Shown piece by piece: positions 1 through 7,127 of a stretch of 10,129 bases of DNA. Below the pieces are notes generated by a model, which made no database searches, had not been told where the DNA came from, and saw nothing but the letters and a program-made list of their open reading frames with translations. Position 1 is the first letter of the stretch, and every line of letters begins with the position of its first letter. Position numbers and translations under genes: made by a program. The stretch lies in assembly GCA_964525635.1 (NCBI GenBank), contig CAZGJX010000127.1:1-10129 (forward strand), in the 5' to 3' direction. This DNA is from an uncultured archaeon (GTDB taxonomy: Archaea; Asgardarchaeota; Lokiarchaeia; Sigyniarchaeales; SOKP01).

Positions 1-135
1 AAAATAAAAAAAGGGGTTAATTTATAATTGATCATTCATCTATAAAATTAACCAAAGATTTATTTTAATTATTTAATTTACAAAATAGGATTTAAGAATT
101 GATATCAATTAACAACTGCTATAGGATCTTCATTC

Positions 136-738
136 ATGAAAGAAGATAGTTTAGTTAAATTAAATCGGGAGTTTTTTAATAGAGATACAGAAATCGTTGC
201 AAAAGAGCTTTTAGGTAAATATTTAGTTCGTAAAACTGAGAAAGGTAATATAATAGGTAAGATAATTGAAGATGAGGCATATTTAGGTCCAAATGATAAA
301 GGGTGCCATACTTATAATTATAAAAAAACTAAAAGGACACAGACTATGTATGATACTCCTGGAACGCTCTATATATATCTCATCTATGGTATGTATCATT
401 GTCTAAATGTAATCACTGAACCTAAAGGAATGCCTTGTGCTGTTCTTATCAGACAATTATATCCTGTTGAGGGAATTGAGATTATGAAAAAAAACAGAAA
501 GATCAAGATTGGAAAGAATTATAAAAATCTTTTAGACGGTCCTGGAAAATTATGCATTGGTCTAAATATTACTAAAGATTTATTTAATGGAAAGGATTCT
601 TGTGCCTCTAATGCTAATCTCATCTTCACAGAGGGCGAGCTTATTGATAATAAATCAATTTCCGTTCAAAAAAGAATTGGTATCGATTATGCTGAAGAAG
701 ATAAAGATAGATTACTTCGATTTAAATTAAATAATTAG
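136..738 (+). CDS. mpg: DNA-3-methyladenine glycosylase (MPG/AAG family)
   Basis: 200 aa. Family motifs: VAKELLGKYLV, G-x-I-x-E-x-EAY, PGTLYIYLIYGMYHCLN, AVLIR, GPGKLC, RIGI. Confidence 0.95.
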   Translation: MKEDSLVKLNREFFNRDTEIVAKELLGKYLVRKTEKGNIIGKIIEDEAYLGPNDKGCHTYNYKKTKRTQTMYDTPGTLYIYLIYGMYHCLNVITEPKGMPCAVLIRQLYPVEGIEIMKKNRKIKIGKNYKNLLDGPGKLCIGLNITKDLFNGKDSCASNANLIFTEGELIDNKSISVQKRIGIDYAEEDKDRLLRFKLNN

Positions 739-881
739 AAAAACTATAAATTTGTCGGATAAGTTTTTATTTTACTTATGAGATAGAACTTATACTAGAA
801 TATAAAAAATTAAATATAGTCAAACTTAGTTATTATCATTAAAACTATATATTTCAAAATTACTTTAAATAGGGATAATAG

Positions 882-1316
882 TTGAAAAGAGATATATTAA
901 AATTTTTTCAAGCATATGTAGCTGAAATGATAGAAATAGGGGGAAGTAATTTCCCGAAGACAATTTCTTCCAGTTTAGGGGAAAAATTAGGTAAAATTTA
1001 TAAAACTATGGAAGTAGTTGACATCAAAGACGGATTGAAAAAAATATATGATCTTTTAGAAATACCATATGAAATAAGAGATTTAGAAGATGGAAAGTTT
1101 GAAGTTGAAGTAAAATATGATGAAAACTTCTGTCCTATAGGTGGAGAATTCAATCCTGAGAAAGCAAAATTAATACAAGAAAGTATATGCAGTCCTTATA
1201 TTATTGGATTTTTATCTGAGCTGGACACAAATTATAAATACTCTGGATGTGTTAAACAATGTATTTTGGCTGACAATCACAAAATTTGTCGTTATATTGT
1301 TGAAAGAGAAGAATGA
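882..1316 (+). CDS. Small Cys-containing protein, probable V4R / methanogen output domain 1 (H-NOX/Bet3-like fold) ligand-binding domain
   Basis: 144 aa, TTG start with GGGA at 872-875. N-terminal helices with LGEKLG, then FCP...ICSP(Y)IIG(F)L...C..QC......CRY. This pattern resembles V4R/MetOD1 domains; recognised by eye only. Confidence 0.6.
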   Translation: MKRDILKFFQAYVAEMIEIGGSNFPKTISSSLGEKLGKIYKTMEVVDIKDGLKKIYDLLEIPYEIRDLEDGKFEVEVKYDENFCPIGGEFNPEKAKLIQESICSPYIIGFLSELDTNYKYSGCVKQCILADNHKICRYIVEREE

Positions 1317-1416
1317 ACTAATTATTAATTTATTTTGCTGATACTAGATTTATATAAAGAATTTTTCTCCATAATTATGTAATCTATTATCAATTTCTTT
1401 ATATTTAAACATAATA

Positions 1417-1426
1417 TTTTTATTAA
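1417..1426 (+). promoter_or_regulatory. Candidate TATA box for the SRP RNA
   Basis: TTTTTATTAA centred about 23-25 nt upstream of the start of the GC-rich RNA. The AT-rich background limits specificity. Confidence 0.35.
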
Positions 1427-1443
1427 TACAATCATTAATTAAA

Positions 1444-1746
1444 ATGGGTGGTTTGGGCCCATCTGAAGCCCCTTGCTGGGTGGACCGCAAAATGCTCACA
1501 AGCGGAATTGTCCGGCCTGAGATTTTATGAATTTCTGGTATACAATATTATATCTCGTCGAAGCATTCACCTAGATGGTGGGTGGCTGAGCGGTACTTTC
1601 TGTAGGGAAAGTATATGCTCGTAATAACAAACCCGATTAGGCCAGGGATGGAGCAGTCGTAAGTTGAGTTGTTCACGCTTCTAGAACTGGGTGTGGAGAG
1701 GTATTATGTTGTCCATATCAGTTGGATTATATTCGAGGGTCGGGTT
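1444..1746 (+). ncRNA. ffs: Archaeal signal recognition particle RNA (7S/SRP RNA)
   Basis: About 300-nt GC-enriched non-coding island. Helix 8 (SRP54 site): CGAT-TAGG-CCA-GGGA-TGG-AGCA-GTCG at 1634-1659, GNRA loop. Helix 6: GAGC-GG-TACTTTCT-GTAG-GGAAAGTA-TAT-GCTC at 1588-1620, GNAR loop (SRP19 site). Helix 5 closes with TCCGGCCT (1511-1518) against GGGTCGGG (1737-1744). The 5' Alu-like domain has two hairpins, and a T-run follows the 3' end. Ends are approximate. Confidence 0.93.
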
Positions 1747-1800
1747 TTAATTTTATTAAATAACCTTCTAATGTTCTATTATTTTTGATTATAGAAAGAG

Positions 1801-1859
1801 TTATGATTATTTAATATCATAAAATATCTCAAATTAGCAGATACTTATTTAATTTGAGA
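1801..1859. repeat. Two adjacent inverted repeats downstream of the SRP RNA
   Basis: TTATGAT(1801-1807)/ATCATAA(1816-1822), and a perfect 10-bp TCTCAAATTA(1827-1836)/TAATTTGAGA(1850-1859). Confidence 0.55.
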
Positions 1860-1954
1860 ATTTTTAGACAGATATTGTAATATTTATAAAATTTAATTTG
1901 TATTTTTTATTTTAAGGAGAATTCATTTATCATCTGATGGATCTTATTTATTAT

Positions 1955-2161
1955 TTATTCCATAGAAGATTTAATTTCTTGTTCAAGTATTTTAATTATT
2001 ATCTCATCAAAGTTAAGATTCTTTTCACATTTTTCTATAGTGTTATCATCAGAAAACTTATCAAATGGTAATATTAAATCAGAAACATTATCTTTAAAAT
2101 TTTGATTTGTTTTTTCTCCATTATTTTTATGAGAACGTTTTAAGATAGGATTGGTCATCAT
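1955..2161 (-). CDS. Hypothetical small protein (68 aa)
   Basis: Open frame in a stop-rich AT region, charged hydrophilic composition, C-terminal amphipathic helix FDEIIIKILEQEI. No recognisable family. Confidence 0.5.
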   Translation of the reverse strand: MMTNPILKRSHKNNGEKTNQNFKDNVSDLILPFDKFSDDNTIEKCEKNLNFDEIIIKILEQEIKSSME

Positions 2162-2653
2162 TTTTTAGATCATTTTTTTTTAGTTTTTCATTTAAGTTTA
2201 TAATTTTTAGACAATATAAAAAACAACAATCTATGTCCATAGAATATATTTCCTGAGTGATATTTAAAATAATCTGGAGAAATTATGATGGTGTTTTTTT
2301 TTCAAATCAATTTTTAAAAGATCTTTCTTATCTTTTTATTATAATAATAGAGAGAAAACTAAGAAAAAGTGATTTTGAATAAAGAATTTTATCTTGTGTT
2401 TTCTTTCTCAAATTTTTTTATTTTAATATATTAAATATTGAGATAAAAAGATACTCTATTATGATATATTTATATTTTAATAATTGAAATTGTAAAAATA
2501 AAATTATTCAATAAGAATTCATAGTTGGAAAATTTAAAATTTATTTATTAGAAAAAAAGCTAAATTCAGTACTTAACCAATAATTATGATGAAGAGATTA
2601 TTGATTATTTTTTTATATGAATTAAAGTATTTATGGAATTTACAATATAAAAA

Positions 2654-2773
2654 TTAGTCATCTTCTATAAAAAGAAATTTCTCCCTAATTAATTTTCTTT
2701 TAAGGATTTTAATAAATTCTTTATCTTCTGGGAAAACATTCCCTACATCCTCAATATCGTGTTCTTCTTTCAT
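2654..2773 (-). CDS. Hypothetical micro-protein (39 aa, MKEEHDIEDVGNVFPEDKEFIKILKRKLIREKFLFIEDD)
   Basis: Only the 3' part of the 65-aa track ORF looks coding (acidic N-half, amphipathic helix). The first 26 codons read like AT-rich intergenic DNA, so the ATG at 2773 is preferred. Confidence 0.5.
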   Translation of the reverse strand: MKEEHDIEDVGNVFPEDKEFIKILKRKLIREKFLFIEDD

Positions 2774-2989
2774 TATTTTAAAACATTTTCTTTTTATTTT
2801 TAAATTAAAATTATTAATTGTCATAAATATGAAAAAAAAAAGGTGATTCAAAAATTAAAATAATATCAATATAAATCTTCAGATATTACATTATTGTGAA
2901 TTATAATAATAGCAATATTTCTATTATATTATTCATTTACTAATAACAAATCATTATTTAAGGTTAAAAATAATAAAAGGGTAATTAAT

Positions 2990-4099
2990 TTGTCAAATAC
3001 AGAAGAAATCGTATATATAAATGCTGAGACATTGCAAAACTTCATGAAAGATGTTTTTATTGGTCTTAAAGTTCCAAAAGAAGATGCTGAAATTATATCA
3101 GATGTTTTAATTACATCAGATCTTAGAGGAATGGATACACATGGTATTCAAAGATGTAAAATGTACTATGATAGAATCAAAGAAGGTATTTATGAAGTTA
3201 ATACTAAAATAGATATTATCAATGATGGGCAAACAACAGCGTTATGGGATGGTAACTGTGGAATGGGTCATGTGATTGCTTATAAAGCTATGAAAACAGC
3301 AATAGAAAAAGCTAAAAAATATGGATTAGGTGCTGTCGCAGTGAGAAATTCTACACATTTTGGCATAGCAGGTTATTATACTCTCATGGCGATTAAAGAA
3401 GGAATGATAGGAATTGCAACAACTAATGCAAGACCTTCTATTCCTCCCACATTTGGGGTAGAACCAATGTTAGGCACCAATCCTCTAACTCTAGGTGCTC
3501 CTACAGATGAAAACTTCCCTTTTAACCTCGATTGTGCCACATCTATCATTCAGAGAGGTAAAGTAGAGTTATATAATCGCTTGAATAAACCTATGCCTAA
3601 GGGAGTTGTTATTGATGACAATGGTAATGAAATGACAAATCCTTCAGAAATTCTTGAAAATATGGCTAAAAAAAAAGCGGCACTTCTTCCTTTAGGGGGT
3701 GCTGGTGAGAGTAAATCTGGATATAAAGGATATGGTTATGCTACCTTTGTTGAAATATTATGTGCTGCTTTACAAAATGGTATCTTTTTAAGGGATACTA
3801 TTGGAATAGAAGAAAATAATCAGAAACGATTAAAAGTTGGACATTTCTTTTTAGCTATTAATATTGAAGGATTTATTTCCTTAAAGGATTTTAAGAAAAC
3901 TTCTGGAGATATAATGAGGGGATTAAGATCTGCTAAAAAAGATCCAAAAGCAGAAAGAATTTATACTGCTGGAGAAAAAGAATATTTATCAGTACTAGAA
4001 AGAAAAGGAACTGGGATTCCAATTAATAAAAGTATTCAAGAAGATATGAAAAAAATGCAAAAAGAATTAGGGTTAGATAATTATAAATTTCATTTTTAA
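2990..4099 (+). CDS. Ldh_2 family NAD(P)-dependent oxidoreductase (malate / L-sulfolactate / ureidoglycolate dehydrogenase-like), copy 1
   Basis: 369 aa, TTG start. Motifs DLRGxDTHG, DGNCGMGH, VRNSTHFG, LGTNP, LDCATS, GYKGYG, GHFFLAI, IYTAGEKE. Confidence 0.93.
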   Translation: MSNTEEIVYINAETLQNFMKDVFIGLKVPKEDAEIISDVLITSDLRGMDTHGIQRCKMYYDRIKEGIYEVNTKIDIINDGQTTALWDGNCGMGHVIAYKAMKTAIEKAKKYGLGAVAVRNSTHFGIAGYYTLMAIKEGMIGIATTNARPSIPPTFGVEPMLGTNPLTLGAPTDENFPFNLDCATSIIQRGKVELYNRLNKPMPKGVVIDDNGNEMTNPSEILENMAKKKAALLPLGGAGESKSGYKGYGYATFVEILCAALQNGIFLRDTIGIEENNQKRLKVGHFFLAINIEGFISLKDFKKTSGDIMRGLRSAKKDPKAERIYTAGEKEYLSVLERKGTGIPINKSIQEDMKKMQKELGLDNYKFHF

Positions 4100-4278
4100 T
4101 TATCTTTCTTTAAATCTGATATTTTATTAAAAGAGTGTATTATTAAATTCTAATGATTTATTTAATAACTTAATTAATTAAATAAAAATATCTTTAACCT
4201 TATTTAAAGTTGGATTTTAGTTAAATATCAATACTAACTATGACTTGAATATTGCATTAAAAAAATGAGAATTGATTT

Positions 4279-5418
4279 ATGCAAACTGTAGATGTAAAAA
4301 AAGATAGTACAATAAAAAAAGATGATATAGAGTATATAAATGTGAATTTACTTCGCAGTTTTATTAAAGATGTGTTTGTTAAACTCAATGTACCATTAAA
4401 AGATGCAAAAATCATAGCAGATGTATTAATCACTTCGGATCTAAGAGGAATAGATACTCACGGTGTGCAAAGACTAAAGACGTATTATGATAGGATAAAT
4501 CAAGGGATCTATAATCCTAGAACTAAAATTGATATAGTCAATGAATCACCAACAACAGCAGTTATAGATGGTAACTGTGGAATGGGTCATGTTATTGGGT
4601 ATAAAGCAATGAAATTAGCAATTAAGAAGGCAAAAAAGTATGGAATAGGTGCTGTTGCAGTGAGAAATTCTACTCATTTTGGTATTGCTGGTTATTATTC
4701 TCTTATGGCAATAAAAGAAGGAATGATTGGAATTACAACTACAAATGCCACCCCTGCAGTAGCTCCGACTTTCGGAATAGAACCAATGTTGGGTACTAAT
4801 CCATTAACAGCAGGTTTACCAACTGATGAGGAATTTCCCTTTTTACTTGACTGTGCTACATCAATTATACAAAAAGGGAAAATAGAAGTCTGTAATAGGG
4901 AAAATAAGAATGTTCCTAAGGGTGTTGTTTTAGATTATAAAGGCAATATCGAAAGAAATCCTGGTATAATTTTAGATGAATTAAGAAATTATCAAGCAGC
5001 CTTAATGCCTATTGGAGGTGAAGGAGGAAGTTCATCTGGATATAAAGGGTATGGTTATTCCACATTAGTGGAGATATTATCTTCCGCATTACAAGATGGA
5101 GTTTGTTTAAAAGAAACTGCTGGAATTAAGGAAAATGGGATAAAACGTCTAAAAGTAGGACATTTCTTTTTAGCAATGAATATTGAAAATTTTATACCCC
5201 TTAGAAAATTTAAGAAAAATACAGGTAAAATGATGAGATCCTTGAGGAAATCGAAGAAATCTCCTGGAAGAAATAGAATATATACAGCCGGAGAGAAAGA
5301 GCATGAAGCAGAAATGGAAAGAAATGCAATTGGTATACCTCTTATTAAAAGTATTCAAAAAGATATTAAATTAATACAGAGAGAGCTAGGATTAAATACT
5401 TATAACTTTTCATTTTAA
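4279..5418 (+). CDS. Ldh_2 family NAD(P)-dependent oxidoreductase, copy 2 (tandem paralogue)
   Basis: 379 aa. Same motifs as copy 1 and colinear with it, with a 10-aa longer N-terminus. Confidence 0.93.
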   Translation: MQTVDVKKDSTIKKDDIEYINVNLLRSFIKDVFVKLNVPLKDAKIIADVLITSDLRGIDTHGVQRLKTYYDRINQGIYNPRTKIDIVNESPTTAVIDGNCGMGHVIGYKAMKLAIKKAKKYGIGAVAVRNSTHFGIAGYYSLMAIKEGMIGITTTNATPAVAPTFGIEPMLGTNPLTAGLPTDEEFPFLLDCATSIIQKGKIEVCNRENKNVPKGVVLDYKGNIERNPGIILDELRNYQAALMPIGGEGGSSSGYKGYGYSTLVEILSSALQDGVCLKETAGIKENGIKRLKVGHFFLAMNIENFIPLRKFKKNTGKMMRSLRKSKKSPGRNRIYTAGEKEHEAEMERNAIGIPLIKSIQKDIKLIQRELGLNTYNFSF

Positions 5419-5454
5419 TTTTAAAATTAATATTACAATAATTTTTAATAAGAA

Positions 5455-5470
5455 TTTTTTTTTCTCTTTT
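5455..5470 (+). terminator. Oligo-T tract, candidate archaeal terminator after Ldh copy 2
   Basis: T9-CTC-T4 in the short gap between convergent genes. Confidence 0.4.
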
Positions 5471-5491
5471 AATTGGTTATTCCAAAAATAA

Positions 5492-6931
5492 TCAGAAAAT
5501 TACACCATCACTTCTTCCTTCTTTCGGTTCTGAATGTATAATAATTTCCTGTATATTAATCATATTCAAATTTTCCTTTAATTCTTGCTCTAGTTCTTCA
5601 ATGTATTTATGAACTGAGGATATTTTTAAATCTCCATCTAAGAAAACATGAAGTTCAAGAACACAAAAATCCATTATATTCCATAATTCAAATCCATGAT
5701 ATCCTTTTATATTTTTATTCTTTTTTAAAATATTTTCGACTTCTTTTTTTAATTGGGTTTTTTCCTGTTTACTAAACTCTTTTTGGATAGTATGTTGTAT
5801 TAATTTTCTAGAATTTTGCCCTGCTTCTATATGAGTGATTATTCTATAAATTGATGGTGCTTGTGATTTTAATTCATTTTCAAATATAGTACAAATTTCA
5901 TGAGCGTTTCGTAATAATAAGTTTTCTTCCATCATAATCGTCAGTGAAATAAAAAATTTATTCTCAAGGCTAAAAATATTTAAATCTTTAATATCTATAA
6001 TATTCGGATATTCTGCTCTCATAGAATGCAACATATTGATTAGGTTTTCTCCTATATTTGATTCACCACTTAAAGGGTTCATCTCAACAATCGTCTCGAC
6101 TTCATAATTAGGAAAATACTTTTTATTCATCGTTCTTATTGAATTTGTTATTTTTCTTGCGTAAGCAACTGATATATGGTCTTCCACTGATAGATATATT
6201 TCAAAAAAGAGTTTATTTCCACTTGCTCTAACCCTTAAATCTTGGACACCATTCACATATTCCAAATGAAAAATATTTAATCTTAATTCTTCTAAAATAA
6301 TCGCATTAACTGGATTGACATCTATTAAATGTTTTATCCCATGATAGGATAATTTTGCTGCACTAAAGACTACCCAAATAGATATTATAATGCTAAAAAT
6401 TGGATCAAGATATTTGATTTTTAAAAAAGTAGCTATAAATAAACTTATAAGAATAATAATAGCTCTAAGAGAATCTTGAAATAAATTTAATCCTTGTACT
6501 TCTAAAGAAATACTTTGATTTTTTCTACCTTGCCAAATAAGTACACGAGAAAATATTATATTAACTAAAAATGATATAATAATTAAATAAAATCCAGTTC
6601 CTGGATTATTAATCTGAAAACTTGAATTTATCAAAACTTGAGTTGCATTAAATATTAAAAGAATATAAATATTAATAAGAATAATACCTTGAATGAGGCC
6701 CCCAACGGAATCTATTTTTTGATGTCCATACATATGTTCATAATCAGGGGGTTTCTGTCCTTGGTATATGGAGGATAAAACAAGTGAAATAAAAAAAATA
6801 TCTATGATTGTATCTACAGCTTCTGATAAAACACTCAGACTACCTGTAATTATAATCGCAATTATTTTTATAATAGATTGAAATATAATAACAAAAAGCG
6901 CTAAAATTCCATATTTTATTTTTATATTCAT
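5492..6931 (-). CDS. Cation diffusion facilitator (CDF, FieF-like) transporter with three tandem C-terminal dimerisation domains
   Basis: 479 aa. Hydrophobic N-terminal ~205 aa with GSLSVLSEAVDTIID, PPDYEHMYGHQKID and YLDPIFSIII. Then three ~80-aa ZT_dimer-like repeats ending VEMNP, THIEA and IHSEP. Confidence 0.92.
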   Translation of the reverse strand: MNIKIKYGILALFVIIFQSIIKIIAIIITGSLSVLSEAVDTIIDIFFISLVLSSIYQGQKPPDYEHMYGHQKIDSVGGLIQGIILINIYILLIFNATQVLINSSFQINNPGTGFYLIIISFLVNIIFSRVLIWQGRKNQSISLEVQGLNLFQDSLRAIIILISLFIATFLKIKYLDPIFSIIISIWVVFSAAKLSYHGIKHLIDVNPVNAIILEELRLNIFHLEYVNGVQDLRVRASGNKLFFEIYLSVEDHISVAYARKITNSIRTMNKKYFPNYEVETIVEMNPLSGESNIGENLINMLHSMRAEYPNIIDIKDLNIFSLENKFFISLTIMMEENLLLRNAHEICTIFENELKSQAPSIYRIITHIEAGQNSRKLIQHTIQKEFSKQEKTQLKKEVENILKKNKNIKGYHGFELWNIMDFCVLELHVFLDGDLKISSVHKYIEELEQELKENLNMINIQEIIIHSEPKEGRSDGVIF

Positions 6932-7012
6932 TTTGATTAAATTATAAAATAGTCACTTGATGTTAAATATTTTAAATTAAGGCGCTAAATAATTTTATCT
7001 AGTATATTTGAT

Positions 7013-7022
7013 AAAAAAAAAA
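7013..7022 (-). terminator. Oligo-T (T10 on minus strand), candidate terminator of the SDR gene
   Basis: A10 run on the + strand about 105 nt downstream of the SDR stop. Confidence 0.3.
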
Positions 7023-7127
7023 GAAATTAAATATAAAATCAAGTATAAGGACTGTTATTTATCAGTATTTTTAAAAATATTAAAATAATTAATTTTCATA
7101 TTGAATATATAAGTCTTAGTTCTTTAT

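Noticed and set aside
1444-1746. GC-rich island as RNase P RNA, tRNA or rRNA fragment
   Set aside because: No RNase P P4 consensus or cloverleaf; helix 6 and helix 8 motifs and the length identify SRP RNA.
1859-2213. 12-bp direct repeat AATTTTTAGACA (1859-1870 and 2202-2213) as a target-site duplication
   Set aside because: Mostly A/T, so a match like this is plausible by chance in about 1 kb of such DNA. No transposase or matching terminal repeats lie inside it.
1955-2773. Small ORFs as RiPP precursors for the radical SAM/SPASM enzyme
   Set aside because: They are about 6 kb away with unrelated genes between, show no leader/core pattern, and no RRE/PqqD partner, protease or exporter is present.
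2774-2851. N-terminal 26 codons of the 65-aa track ORF
   Set aside because: F/I/N/K-rich translation of homopolymeric AT sequence; more likely promoter or UTR.
1750-2990. CRISPR array or replication origin in the long AT-rich stretch
   Set aside because: No regularly spaced repeats, no G-string ORB-like boxes, and no cas or cdc6/orc1 gene in the window.
5170-5358. 62-aa minus-strand ORF
   Set aside because: Lies entirely antisense within the conserved Ldh_2 copy 2; a shadow ORF.
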